Part shown: positions 12,704 to 22,556 of the stretch, in pieces
Numbering within the stretch: the stretch's first letter is position 1
How the letters are laid out: each line of letters opens with the position of its first letter
Source: an uncultured Gemmatimonadales bacterium
Lineage (GTDB): Bacteria; Gemmatimonadota; Gemmatimonadetes; Longimicrobiales; Longimicrobiaceae
Reading direction: 5' to 3'
DNA length: 64,000 nt
NCBI GenBank assembly: GCA_963716255.1
Contig: OY970303.1
Coordinates: 4,384,001-4,448,000 of the forward strand
The notes under the pieces: generated by a model
Told to the model about the DNA's origin: nothing
Databases searched by the model: none
The model's input: the letters and a program-made list of their open reading frames with translations, nothing else
Made by a program: the position numbers and the translations under genes

Positions 12704-13887
12704 TGGCGGGCCCGGGAGCCTGGGACGCGGTGGTGGTGGGGGCGGGGCCGGCGGGCTCCGCGACCGCCGCGCGCCTGGCCCGGGCCGGCTTCGCCGTGCT
12801 GCTGCTGGACCGCGCGGAGTTCCCGCGCCGCAAGCCGTGCGGCGAGTGCGTCAACCCCGCCGGGGTGGAGGCGCTCGGCCGCCTGGGCGCGCTCCCGGCC
12901 GTGCTGGCGGCGGGGCCCGCGACGCTGGAGGGGTGGCGGATCCGCGCCGGCGGCGCGGCGGGCTTCCAGGGCGGCTTCCCGGACGCCCGCACGGGGCTGG
13001 GGATCGCGCGGGAGGTCCTGGACCCGCTGCTCTTGGAGCACGCGCGTGCCTGCGGCGCCGAGGTGCGCACCGGCGTCCGCGTGCGCGACCTGCTGCGCGG
13101 GGGCCGGGCGGTCCGCGGCGTGGCCGCGTCCGATGGGGGCTGCGGCCTGGAGATCCCCGCGCGGATCGTGGTGGGCGCGGACGGGCTGCGCTCCGTGATC
13201 CTCCGGCGGCTGGGGCTGGTGCGCCGGGCGCCGCGGCTGCGCAAGGTGGCGCTCACGGCGCACGTGCGCGGCGCCGACGGGCTGGGGACGCGCGGCGAGC
13301 TGCGGGTGCGCGGCGGCGGGTGCCTGGGGATCGCGCCGGTGGGCGGCGGGCTCGCCAACGTCAGCATCGTCGTCGCCGGGGACGACGCGCGCGGGGTGGG
13401 CGGCGACGCGGCGGGGTTCTTCGACCGGGCGCTGCGGGATTTCGGCTTCGCGGAGCTCGTGAGGGTGGACGAAGTGCTCGCCACCGGCCCCTTCGACTGG
13501 CCGGTACGGCGCGCCGTGGCCGATGGGGCCGTGCTTGTCGGCGATGCGGCCGGCTACTATGATCCGTTCACCGGGCAGGGGATCTTCCGGGCCCTGCGCG
13601 GCGCGGAGCTGGCCGCCGACGCCGTCGGCGCCGCGCTCCTCCGGGGCGACACGTCGGCCGCCGCGCTTGCCGGGTACGAGCGGGCGCGGCGGCGCGCCTT
13701 CGGGGCGGGGGAGCGGATGCAGCGCCTGGTGGAAGCGTTCGTCGCCCGGCCGCGCGCCCTGGCCGCCGTGTCGCGGCGGCTCGGCCGCCGCCCCGAGGTG
13801 GCCGACGCGCTGATCCGCGTCACCGGCGACCTGGAGCCGGTCCGCTCCTTGCTGCACCCCGCGCTCCTGCTCCGGCTCGCGTGGTAG
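12703..13887 (+). CDS. FAD-dependent oxidoreductase (geranylgeranyl reductase/monooxygenase-like)
   Basis: VVGAGPAGS, FPRRKPCGE, GADG and GDAAGYYDPFTGQGI. Confidence 0.9.
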   Translation: MAGPGAWDAVVVGAGPAGSATAARLARAGFAVLLLDRAEFPRRKPCGECVNPAGVEALGRLGALPAVLAAGPATLEGWRIRAGGAAGFQGGFPDARTGLGIAREVLDPLLLEHARACGAEVRTGVRVRDLLRGGRAVRGVAASDGGCGLEIPARIVVGADGLRSVILRRLGLVRRAPRLRKVALTAHVRGADGLGTRGELRVRGGGCLGIAPVGGGLANVSIVVAGDDARGVGGDAAGFFDRALRDFGFAELVRVDEVLATGPFDWPVRRAVADGAVLVGDAAGYYDPFTGQGIFRALRGAELAADAVGAALLRGDTSAAALAGYERARRRAFGAGERMQRLVEAFVARPRALAAVSRRLGRRPEVADALIRVTGDLEPVRSLLHPALLLRLAW

Positions 13888-13922
13888 GCCGCCGGCCCGT
13901 CCTTCATCCCAGCCCCCGACCC

Positions 13923-14558
13923 GTGCGAGCCATCGCCGAGCTGTACGACGTCACCTGGCCGGTGGGGGAGGGAATCCCCGTCTGGCCCGGCGACGCCCCC
14001 TGCGCGCTGGAGTGGACGATGCTCCGCTCGCGCGGCGCTTCCGTGAACGTGGCGGAGCTGCGGATGAGCGCCCACACCGGGACGCACGCCGACGGCCCCT
14101 TCCACGTCGCCGACGACGGCGCCCGCATCGGCGCGGCGCCGCTGGACGCGTACCTGGGGCCCGCCCTGCTGGTGGACGTGGACCGGGGCGCGCCCATCGA
14201 CGCGGCGCTGGTGGGACGGGTGCTCGCCGCCGGGCCCGTGGAGCGGGTGCTCTTCCGCACGGGGTGCTGGACGGACCCCGCCGTCTTCCCCACCGCCTTC
14301 CCCGCGCCGGAGCCGGACGCCGCGCGCGCGCTGGTGGAGGCCGGGGTGCGCCTGGTGGGTACCGACGCGCCCTCGGTGGACCCGTACGATTCCACGGAGC
14401 TGGCCACCCACCACGTGCTGGGCGCGGGCGGCGTCGCCATCCTGGAGAACCTGCACCTCGCCGGGGTGCCCGCGGGGCGCTGGGAATTGATCGCCCTCCC
14501 GCTGCGCCTGGCCGACGCCGACGCGTCGCCGGTGCGGGCCGTGCTGCGCCGGCCGTGA
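13923..14558 (+). CDS. Cyclase family protein (kynurenine formamidase KynB-like)
   Basis: HTGTHADGPFH, GTDAPSVD, ILENL and ASPVRAVL; alternative start at 13881. Confidence 0.88.
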   Translation: MRAIAELYDVTWPVGEGIPVWPGDAPCALEWTMLRSRGASVNVAELRMSAHTGTHADGPFHVADDGARIGAAPLDAYLGPALLVDVDRGAPIDAALVGRVLAAGPVERVLFRTGCWTDPAVFPTAFPAPEPDAARALVEAGVRLVGTDAPSVDPYDSTELATHHVLGAGGVAILENLHLAGVPAGRWELIALPLRLADADASPVRAVLRRP

Positions 14559-15385
14559 TGGACCACCCCGCCGTCCGCACGGTGCTCGCGCCCAACCCGT
14601 CGCCGATGACGCTGGACGGGACGCGCACCTACGTGGTGGGGCGCGAGCGCCCGGTGGTGATCGACCCGGGACCGGCGCTGGACGGGCACGTGGCGGCGGT
14701 GGAGGCAGCGCTCGGCGGGGTGCCCCCCGCGGCGATCCTGCTTACGCACTCGCATGCCGACCACTCCGGCGCCGCGCCCGCGCTCGCCGAGCGCACCGGG
14801 GCACCGGTGTGCATGGCGCGCGGCGCGCTCCGCTCGGGCTTCGCCCCGGGGCTGGTGGTGGCCCGCTGGATCGGCGACGGCGACGTGGTGGAGTGCGACG
14901 CCGGGACGCTGAGCGCCATCGCAACGCCGGGGCACGCGCCGGAGCACCTGGCGTTCGTTTTGCGTCAGGGTGTACGGTCCTCGTGGGACGCGCTCTTCGT
15001 CGGCGACCACCTGATGGGGGAGGGCGACACGGTCCTGGTCGCCCCGCCGGAGGGCGACCTCGCGGACTACCTGGAATCGCTGGAGCGCCTGGGCGCCGCC
15101 GAGGCCGAGGTCATGTACCCAGCCCACGGCCCCCCCATCACCGACCCGGCGGCGGCGCTCCGCCGCTACGCCGCGCACCGGGAGACGCGCATCGTCCAGG
15201 TGCGCGACGCGCTGCGCGAGGGCGGGCCGGCGCGCCCCGCGGCGCTGGTGCGGCGCGTGTACGGCCCGGAGCTCGACCGCTCGCTGGTGCGGGCCGCCGA
15301 GGGCTCGGTGGGCGCGATCCTGGGCTACCTGGAAAAGCGCGGCGAGGTGCGCCGCAAGCTCCTCGGCCGCTGGGCGCTCGTCTGA
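14558..15385 (+). CDS. MBL-fold metallo-hydrolase with winged-helix C-terminus
   Basis: APNPSPMTLDGT, THSHADH, TPGHAPEH, GDH and PAHGP. Confidence 0.9.
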   Translation: MDHPAVRTVLAPNPSPMTLDGTRTYVVGRERPVVIDPGPALDGHVAAVEAALGGVPPAAILLTHSHADHSGAAPALAERTGAPVCMARGALRSGFAPGLVVARWIGDGDVVECDAGTLSAIATPGHAPEHLAFVLRQGVRSSWDALFVGDHLMGEGDTVLVAPPEGDLADYLESLERLGAAEAEVMYPAHGPPITDPAAALRRYAAHRETRIVQVRDALREGGPARPAALVRRVYGPELDRSLVRAAEGSVGAILGYLEKRGEVRRKLLGRWALV

Positions 15386-15424
15386 AGCTCCCGCCGGACC
15401 CGGAATCCTCCTCCGACCCGACGC

Positions 15425-16999
15425 ATGACCCCGACCGAAGCCGCGCTCGCCCGGATCCGACCGGAGACCATCGACGCCCACCTGCGCTTCCTTTCGCACC
15501 CGCTGCTGGAGGGGCGCTCGCCGGGAACGCGGGGCGGCGACCTGGCCGCGGAGTACGTGCGGGCGCAGTTCCGGCGCATCGGCCTGCGGCCCATGGGAGA
15601 GTCGTACTTCCAGCCGGTGCCGCTGGTGGGGCTCACCCCGGAGCCGCGGCTGGAGCTGGAATTCCCCGACGGGGGTCGGCTGGAGCCGGCGTACCGGGAC
15701 GACTTCGTGATGAAGGCCGGGGTGCCGCAGCCGGAAGTGGAGGCCGCCGGGGAGCTGGTCTACGTGGGCTACGGCATCTCCGCCCCGGAGTACGGCTGGG
15801 ACGACTACGAGGACGTGGACGTGCGCGGCCGGGTGCTGCTGATGCGCGTCAACGACCCGGGCACCGAGGCCACGCCAGGCTTCTTCGGCGGGCGCGCGCT
15901 CACCTACTACGGGCGCTGGACCTACAAGTACGAGGAGGCTTCGCGCCGCGGGGCCGCGGGCGTGCTCCTGGTGCACACCGACGAATCCGCCGGCTACGGC
16001 TGGAACGTGGTGCGCACCTCCAACACCGGCGAGCAGTTCGACCTGGCGGGGCCGCCGGAGCTGCCGCTCCCGGTGAAGGGGTGGATCTCCTCGGGCGCCG
16101 CGGCGGAGGCGCTGCGCCGTGCCGGCCACGACCCGGACGAGCTGCTGCGGCGCTCCGAGGAGCGCGGCTTCCACCCCGTCGCCACCGGGATCCGCGCGCG
16201 GGCCCGGGTGCGCAGCCGGGTACGGGAGGTGCGGACCGCGAACGTGGCGGGGCTGCTCCCCGGCGCCGGGGCGGCGCTGGCGGAGGAGGTGGTGCTGCTC
16301 ACCTCGCACTACGACCACCTGGGGACCGGCGAGGGGGAGGACGGCGGGCGCGTGGTGTACCACGGCGCCTACGACAACGCCAGCGGGGTCGCCCTGCTGA
16401 TGGCCGTCGCCGAGGCCGCCGCGGCGCTCCCGGAGCCTCCCCGGCGCCCGCTGCTCTTCGTGTCCACCACGGCGGAGGAATCCGGGCTGCTGGGCGCCGA
16501 ATGGTACGCGCGCCACCCGCTCTTCCCGCTGGCCCGCACCGCGGCGGCGCTGAACCTGGACGGCGCCAACCTGGAGGGGCGCACGCGCGACCTCGCGCCG
16601 CTGGGGGCCGACCGCTCGGAGCTGGGGGAGACGGTGCGCGAGGCCGCCGGGGCGGAGGGGATGACGCTGCGCGCCGACCCGCACCCGGAGCAGGGGATGT
16701 TCTTCCGGCAGGACCACTTCCCGCTGGCGCGCGCCGGCGTCCCCGCGCTGGCGCTGGACCACGGTCTGGACTACGCGGACCGGCCGGAGGGGTGGGGCGA
16801 GGGGTGGTACGAGGAGTTCGTCGCCCGCCACTACCACCAGCCCTCCGACGCCTACCGCGAGGGGCTGGACTACGGCGGGGCGGTGCAGCAGGGGCGGGTG
16901 CTCCTGCGCACCGCGCTGGCGGTGGCGGGGGCCGCGGGGCTCCCGGGGTGGAACCCGGGCTCCGAGTTCACGCGGCGCGGCGAGGAACGCACGGGGTGA
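15425..16999 (+). CDS. M28 family metallopeptidase with PA domain
   Basis: SHYDHLG, GAYDNASG, AEESGLLG, QDHFP and YHQPSD. Confidence 0.92.
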   Translation: MTPTEAALARIRPETIDAHLRFLSHPLLEGRSPGTRGGDLAAEYVRAQFRRIGLRPMGESYFQPVPLVGLTPEPRLELEFPDGGRLEPAYRDDFVMKAGVPQPEVEAAGELVYVGYGISAPEYGWDDYEDVDVRGRVLLMRVNDPGTEATPGFFGGRALTYYGRWTYKYEEASRRGAAGVLLVHTDESAGYGWNVVRTSNTGEQFDLAGPPELPLPVKGWISSGAAAEALRRAGHDPDELLRRSEERGFHPVATGIRARARVRSRVREVRTANVAGLLPGAGAALAEEVVLLTSHYDHLGTGEGEDGGRVVYHGAYDNASGVALLMAVAEAAAALPEPPRRPLLFVSTTAEESGLLGAEWYARHPLFPLARTAAALNLDGANLEGRTRDLAPLGADRSELGETVREAAGAEGMTLRADPHPEQGMFFRQDHFPLARAGVPALALDHGLDYADRPEGWGEGWYEEFVARHYHQPSDAYREGLDYGGAVQQGRVLLRTALAVAGAAGLPGWNPGSEFTRRGEERTG

Positions 17000-17068
17000 C
17001 GCGCAAGTATCAGGTACAGGGACTGGCGGATCGGGCGCGTGGCGAAGTCTGAAACGCGGTGGCCGGAC

Positions 17069-18529
17069 ATGCTTACGACACTTTCCACCAGCCCCGTCCT
17101 GGAGGCGCTCCCGGACGGGATCTACACCCTGGACGAGACGGGGCGCATCACCTACTGGAACGCCGCCGCCGAGCGCCTGCTGGGAATTTCCCGCGACGCC
17201 GCGCTCGGCCGTCCCTTCCGGGAGGTGGTGCCCCGCCCCGACGGCGACGACGCGTGGGCGATGCTGCTGCGCGTGCTGGAGGACCGCGCGCCCCGCGACT
17301 ACCTGGAGTCGTACTCCGCCGCCGCGCTCCCCCGCCGCGTGGCGGTGCACGCCGCCCCCCTGGACGGCGAAGGGGTGGTGGTGCACTTCCGCGACGCCAC
17401 GGCGGAGCTGGTGGTACAGGAGCAGTACGCGCGGCTGCTGGAGGCGATCCGCGACGGCTTCGTGGCGGTGGACTCCGCCTGGCGCATCGTCTACATCAAC
17501 CGCGCCGCCGAGCAGCTCCTGCGCCTCCCGCGCGACCGCGCCACCGGGATGAACGTGCACGCCCTGCTCCCGCCCGGCCCCCCGGAGATCATGGAGGCGC
17601 TGCTCGCCACCATGGCCGACGGGGAGCCGCGCCACCTCGCCGCCGTGCGCCCGGAGTCGCGCGCCTTCCGCGACCGATTCTTCGACGTGTGGACGTACCC
17701 GCTCCCCTTCGGCGGGGTGTCCATCCTCTTCGAGGACGTGACCGGCCAGGTGGGCCGCGAGGTGGACCTGGCGCGCCTGGCCGCCGAGGCCGAGGAGGCG
17801 AACCGCGCCAAGAGCCGCTTCTTCACCGCGGTGAGCCACGAGCTGCGCACCCCGCTGAACGCCATCGTCGGCTACACGCACCTGCTGAGCACCGAGACGT
17901 ACGGCCCGGTTCCCCCCGGCGCGCAGCGCGCCGCGGAGCGCGCCGGGATCTGCGCGGAGCACCTGGCGCGCCTGGTGGACGACGTGCTGCTGCTGACCAC
18001 CGCCGAGGTGGGCCGCCTCCCCGTCTCCCCCTCGCCCGTGTCGCTGGCGAAGTTCCTCGGCGCCGCGCTGGAGCCGCTCCGCCAGCAGGCGGAGGCGAAG
18101 CGCCTGGCGTTCGTGGTGGAGGTGGCGGAGGACGCGGCCGAAGTGGAGACCGACCCCGACCGCCTCCGCCAGCTCCTTCTGGCGCTGGTGGCGAACGCGG
18201 TGAAGTTCACGGCGCAGGGCGGGGTGAGGATCGCCACGCGGGCGCCGCCGGGCGACCCGCGCGCGCTGGAGGTGACGGTGGAGGACACCGGCCCCGGGAT
18301 CTCGCCGGAGGACCGCGACCGGATCTTCGAGGTGTTCGAGCAGCTGGGCGACCCCGCCCGCACCGATTCCATGAGCCGCGGCACCGGCGCGGGGCTGACC
18401 ATCGCGCGGAAGCTGGCCGCGCTGCTGCACGGATCCCTCTGCGTGGAGGGGCGCGAGGGCGGGGGATCGGTGTTCCGCCTGCGCCTGCCGCGCGCCTTCA
18501 CCCCCGGCGCCGCCGAGCCCGCCGCCTGA
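17069..18529 (+). CDS. Cytoplasmic PAS-PAS sensor histidine kinase
   Basis: Two PAS repeats (N.AAE.LL); H-box SHELRTPLN; NAVKFT, DTGPGI and GAGL. Confidence 0.93.
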   Translation: MLTTLSTSPVLEALPDGIYTLDETGRITYWNAAAERLLGISRDAALGRPFREVVPRPDGDDAWAMLLRVLEDRAPRDYLESYSAAALPRRVAVHAAPLDGEGVVVHFRDATAELVVQEQYARLLEAIRDGFVAVDSAWRIVYINRAAEQLLRLPRDRATGMNVHALLPPGPPEIMEALLATMADGEPRHLAAVRPESRAFRDRFFDVWTYPLPFGGVSILFEDVTGQVGREVDLARLAAEAEEANRAKSRFFTAVSHELRTPLNAIVGYTHLLSTETYGPVPPGAQRAAERAGICAEHLARLVDDVLLLTTAEVGRLPVSPSPVSLAKFLGAALEPLRQQAEAKRLAFVVEVAEDAAEVETDPDRLRQLLLALVANAVKFTAQGGVRIATRAPPGDPRALEVTVEDTGPGISPEDRDRIFEVFEQLGDPARTDSMSRGTGAGLTIARKLAALLHGSLCVEGREGGGSVFRLRLPRAFTPGAAEPAA

Positions 18530-18629
18530 CGTGATCCGCGTGGCCGCTTCGGTCCGCACGGTGGAAGGCGCCGCGGGTTTTCGCTAGCTTCGGACGATGG
18601 TTCGTCCGAAATCTCGCTGCCACGCCGCC

Positions 18630-19670
18630 ATGCTCCGCCTGCACGAATACCGCTACGCCCGCCCGGCCCGCCTGGCCGAAGCCCTGGAGCTCCTCCACGG
18701 CCGCGAGGACGCCATGCCCGTCGCCGGGGGGACGGACCTGGTCCCCAACATGAAGCACCGGCTCTGGACGCCGCGGCTGCTGGTGGGGCTCAAGGGCGTG
18801 GAGGAGATGGCGGGGATCCGCCTGGAGGACGCGGAAGGCCGCCCCGTGGCGGAGGGCGACCCGGAGGCGCGCTGGCTGTCGCTGGGCGCCTCCACCACGC
18901 TCACCGGGGTGTCGCGCCACCCGATGGTGCGCCGCTTCTTCCCCTCGCTGGCGGAGGCGGCGGGGAAGGTCGCCGGGCCGCAGGTCCGCAACCAGGGCAC
19001 CCTGGGCGGCAACCTGTGCCTGGACACGCGCTGCACCTACTACAACCAGAGCCTGTTCTGGCGGCAGGCGCTGGGCTTCTGCCTCAAAAAGGACGGCGAC
19101 GTCTGCCACGTCACCAGGGTGGGGAAGAAGTGCGTGGCCGCGCACTCCGCCGACACCGTGCCCGTGCTGATGACGCTGGGCGCGACGGTGGAGCTGGCCT
19201 CCGCGGAGGGAGTGCGGACGGTGTCCGTGGACGACCTGTTCGTGGCGGACGGCAAGTGGAACACGGTCCGGCGCCCGGGCGAGCTGGTGGTGCGGGTGCG
19301 CATTCCCGCGCCGCCGCCGGGGCTGCGCACGGCGTACCGCAAGCTGCGGCAGCGGCAGTCCATCGACTTCCCGCTCCTGTCGGTGGCGCTGGCCGCCGAC
19401 GTGGCGGAGGACCACACGGTGCGGGCGATGTCGCTGGTGGTGTCCGCGCTGGGCTCGCGGCCGCGCGTGGTGACCGGGCTGGACGGGCTCGTGGCGGGGC
19501 GCCCGGTGGGCGAGGTGGCGGACGCGGTGGCGCAGCAGGCATTCAAGCAGTGTCACCCGCTGGAAAACATCACCGTGGACCCGGAGTGGCGCCGCGCCAT
19601 GGTGCCGGTATACGTGCGCCGGGCGGTGGAGGAGATCGCGCGCGGCCAGGTTGGATCGAAACGGCTTTGA
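18630..19670 (+). CDS. Molybdo-flavoenzyme FAD-binding subunit with Fe-S insertion (HcrB/PaoB-like)
   Basis: AGGTDL and RNQGTLGGNL; Cys-rich insert RCTYY...FCLKKDGDVCHV...KC. Confidence 0.88.
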   Translation: MLRLHEYRYARPARLAEALELLHGREDAMPVAGGTDLVPNMKHRLWTPRLLVGLKGVEEMAGIRLEDAEGRPVAEGDPEARWLSLGASTTLTGVSRHPMVRRFFPSLAEAAGKVAGPQVRNQGTLGGNLCLDTRCTYYNQSLFWRQALGFCLKKDGDVCHVTRVGKKCVAAHSADTVPVLMTLGATVELASAEGVRTVSVDDLFVADGKWNTVRRPGELVVRVRIPAPPPGLRTAYRKLRQRQSIDFPLLSVALAADVAEDHTVRAMSLVVSALGSRPRVVTGLDGLVAGRPVGEVADAVAQQAFKQCHPLENITVDPEWRRAMVPVYVRRAVEEIARGQVGSKRL

Positions 19671-19781
19671 ACTGCGGGGTCGGGCGTGCCCCCGGCTGGC
19701 GCCGGGGTCGGGCTTCGGCTCCGTTACGCACGATAAAACTGTGCGTAACGGAGTCGAGCCCCGCCGAACTGCCGGCGGGTC
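19660..19781 (+). repeat. Structured repeat family A, copy 2, 5' part (interrupted by IS481)
   Basis: Matches copy 1 up to ...GGCGGGTC; the remainder resumes at 21109. Confidence 0.88.
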
Positions 19782-21108
19782 TGAGCAACCGGATTGATGC
19801 TTGACACCACAGACCGGGTTGATGCTTGACACTTCTGGTCTATCAAGTTCCACCTCGGGGGGTGTCCGGCGTCAGCCGGAGAGTTCCCCCGTTCGCTCGT
19901 CCAGCCGCGCCAGGAGCAGGTCGTAGAAGTAGATCGACCACACTCCGTCCTCGATCTCCTCCAACGCCACCTCCTGCCCGATCAGCAACTCGCTGAGGAA
20001 GATCGTCCGGTCGCGGAAGTACAGGATCCCGTTACCCCGCACCCGGCGCACCACACAATGCCCCGCGTACTGCGGCGGGGCGATTTGCTCCGGCATCTCT
20101 CGCTCGCACGCCACGTAGAGCGAGCCCGGGGTCTGCATCTCCAGCGCCTGGTGAGGCCGCTCTTCGTTGAACTCGCGCCGGAAGGCATCGAATCGCTCCT
20201 GCTGCACCTGGACGTTGGCCGCCGGGGGCCGCAGCGTGCCCGCCTTGAGCGTGCGATGCATCCGCTCGTGCGAGCCGTTCTGCTCCGGATGGGCCGGCTC
20301 GATCCGCTCGTGCTTGATCCCCATCTGCGTCCACCAGACACTCAGGCGCGAGAGCCCGGCGATGGCTTTCGTGCAGAACGGGCCTCCATTGTCGCTGCGG
20401 ATGGCCTGCGGAAGGCCCCGTTCGCGAAAGAGATGCTGGAAGCTCGCGCAGGCTCCCCTGTGCGCGGTCGAACTCAGTCCCTCACAGGCCAGCAGGTAGC
20501 GGGTGTGAGTGTCCGTGACGGTCAGCGGGTAGCACAGCGTCCCGTCGCCCATGCGGAACTCGCCCTTGAAGTCGGCGTTCCACAGCTGGTTGGCGGCCTC
20601 CACCGTGTGTGAGACTCGCCCCGGGTGAGACCACTCCCGCCGGTGCGGCCGAGACTCCACCAGCCCCTCCCGCTTGTACAGGTCTCCCACCGTGCTCGCC
20701 GCCGGCAACTCCAACTCGGGTCGGCGCGGGCGTAACCAGACCAGGATTTTACGGGGGCCCCAATCCGGATGCGCTTTGCGGGCCTTCAGCAGCGCGGTCC
20801 GGACCTCCTCCTTCATGCGGTGCGGACAGGACTTCGGTGCATGGCTGCCGGAAGCCAGCCCCGCAATTCCCTCCTGCTCGTAGCGGTGCAGCCGAGTGTA
20901 TCCGGCCTGGCGACTGATGCCGAACCGCTCGCACAGCTCCGTCATGCTGTAGAGCCCCTCCTGTGCGAGAACGACGAACTTCATCCGCTCATCCATCGGG
21001 TTGGTCTGTCTCCACGGCATGGCTCTCCCTAGGTGTGGGCGAGCGCGTAAGCTACCGTGTCAACCATCCTCCCGGTCTATTCTGTCAACAATCTACCCGG
21101 TCCATACC
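19782..21108 (-). mobile_element. IS481-family insertion sequence
   Basis: Two ACCGG-N8-TTGACA subterminal repeats at each end (19788, 19813; inverted at 21057-21101); apparent GTC target duplication; transposase inside; exact ends uncertain by 1 nt. Confidence 0.85.
19872..21020 (-). CDS. IS481-family DDE transposase
   Basis: MPW start and N-terminal HTH; WNADFKG, IRSDNG and NGSHERMHRTLK DDE motifs; intact ORF. Confidence 0.93.
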   Translation of the reverse strand: MPWRQTNPMDERMKFVVLAQEGLYSMTELCERFGISRQAGYTRLHRYEQEGIAGLASGSHAPKSCPHRMKEEVRTALLKARKAHPDWGPRKILVWLRPRRPELELPAASTVGDLYKREGLVESRPHRREWSHPGRVSHTVEAANQLWNADFKGEFRMGDGTLCYPLTVTDTHTRYLLACEGLSSTAHRGACASFQHLFRERGLPQAIRSDNGGPFCTKAIAGLSRLSVWWTQMGIKHERIEPAHPEQNGSHERMHRTLKAGTLRPPAANVQVQQERFDAFRREFNEERPHQALEMQTPGSLYVACEREMPEQIAPPQYAGHCVVRRVRGNGILYFRDRTIFLSELLIGQEVALEEIEDGVWSIYFYDLLLARLDERTGELSG

Positions 21109-21142
21109 GTCTCGCCCCTTCGGGCCGGAATCCCTCACGCGG
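21109..21142 (+). repeat. Structured repeat family A, copy 2, 3' part
   Basis: gtctcgccccttcgggccggaatccctcacgcgg is identical to the 3' end of copy 1. Confidence 0.88.
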
Positions 21143-21201
21143 CTCCGCGCCTGGCCTCGACGTCTGTGTTCCGCGGGCGCCCGACTCGCGCGCATTCCCT
21201 G

Positions 21202-21357
21202 TCACGCCACCGAGTCCGTCCTTTCGATGGACGGGGGCGGGGGCGCCTCCCCGCCGTCCCGCCGCAGCCCGCCCGCCCACCAGACGAGCACCGCGAAGCC
21301 GCCCAGGAAGGCCGCGACCAGCCACATCCCCACGGCGTGCCTTTCTTCGTGCTTCAT
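21202..21357 (-). CDS. Small single-pass membrane protein (tentative)
   Basis: ATG after a GGAGGA-like RBS; MKHEERHAVGMWLVAAFLGGFAVLVWW hydrophobic segment. Confidence 0.45.
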   Translation of the reverse strand: MKHEERHAVGMWLVAAFLGGFAVLVWWAGGLRRDGGEAPPPPSIERTDSVA

Positions 21358-21455
21358 TGATTCGCGGTCCTCCGGCCGGTACCATTCATAGCGGCGCTCC
21401 CTCCGTCTCTCAGCCAAAAACCCATCCCGCCGGACCCGTCCCTGCCGAGGTCGCG

Positions 21456-22556
21456 ATGGCGCTCTCAGACCCAGCCGCCCCCACGGGCCGGCAGCCCGCG
21501 TCCGCCCCTCCGGGCGCGACGGATTCCCTCCCGCACCCCGCGCAGGAAGACCTGGTGCGGGTCCGGGACCGCATCCGCAAGATCCAGGGCACCCTGGCGG
21601 AGCACCTGAACGGCCTGCGGCGGAAGCGGAACCGGTGGCCGGAGGTCTTCCGCTACGATCCCGTGCGCACCAAGAACCTGGAAAAGGCGGCGAGCCACCT
21701 CCAGCAGCTCCTCGCCATGCTGGAGTCCGCGGAGCGCGAGGGGCGCCGGGTGGGCGTCGCGTCGCTCGGCGTGCTGCTGGACCGGCTGGACGGGCAGGGC
21801 ATCGCCGGGATCTCCGGGCACGGCGCCTGGGAGCTCGCCGACGCGCTCTCGCTCGAGCTGGTCCGGTGCGCGGACGACGCCCGCCTCCACGTCCTGCTCT
21901 CGGGAAAGGGGCTGCTCGTGGGCCAGGGTTGGGAGACGCACTTTCCGGACGACCTGCTGCGGGCCGTGGCGGGCGCCTACTCGGACGGCGGCTTCCGGCC
22001 TGAGCACCGGAGGCTCCAGGCGCGGTACATCCTGGAGGAAGTGGAGCAGCTACGGGTGCAGGAGTTCCGCCGGGACCGGGCTCTCGCCGAGCTCCGCGGC
22101 ATCTACCTGGGGCGGATGGTGCTGGTGCTCCTCCTCACGCTGCTGCCGTTCGCCGGCTTCTTCCTGGTCGCCTCCGCGTCTTCCCCGCGGTTCGACGCCG
22201 CTTCTCCCGACGCCGTCCTGCTGGTCCTCTTCGCGGGTGCCGTGGGGAGCGTGCTCAGCCGGGCGATCAAGCTGGGCGGCCAGGGGACGCTACAGGCGGC
22301 GGCGGACGGGGAGGCCCCGCTGGGCATCCGCGCGCTGTACGCGGGGTGGAAGGTGTTCCTCGCGCAGCCGGTGATCGGGGCGGCCTCCGCCTTCCTGGTG
22401 TACCTGGTGCTCCGCTCCAGGCTGCTGGCCCTGGGGAGCGCGACCGCGGACGATCCCGCGGCCCTGGCGCTCGTCGCCTTCCTGGCCGGCTTCTCCGAGC
22501 CCTTCTTCATCGGCACGCTGGACCGGATCGCGGGCCAGGGCGGACGGAAGCCATGA
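21456..22556 (+). CDS. Hypothetical protein: helical N-terminal domain plus four C-terminal TM helices
   Basis: ATG after GAGG; TM block with GAVGSVLS, QPVIGAASA and AFLAGFSE motifs. Confidence 0.7.
   Translation: MALSDPAAPTGRQPASAPPGATDSLPHPAQEDLVRVRDRIRKIQGTLAEHLNGLRRKRNRWPEVFRYDPVRTKNLEKAASHLQQLLAMLESAEREGRRVGVASLGVLLDRLDGQGIAGISGHGAWELADALSLELVRCADDARLHVLLSGKGLLVGQGWETHFPDDLLRAVAGAYSDGGFRPEHRRLQARYILEEVEQLRVQEFRRDRALAELRGIYLGRMVLVLLLTLLPFAGFFLVASASSPRFDAASPDAVLLVLFAGAVGSVLSRAIKLGGQGTLQAAADGEAPLGIRALYAGWKVFLAQPVIGAASAFLVYLVLRSRLLALGSATADDPAALALVAFLAGFSEPFFIGTLDRIAGQGGRKP

Noticed and set aside
13904..18559. Very long alternative-frame ORFs (e.g. 1551 aa at 13904-18559, 1234 aa at 38154-41858, 1172 aa at 50718-54236)
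   Set aside because: Arg/Gly/Pro/Ala-rich shadow frames of real genes, expected at this GC content. Only the last 97 codons of the 38154 frame look genuinely coding.
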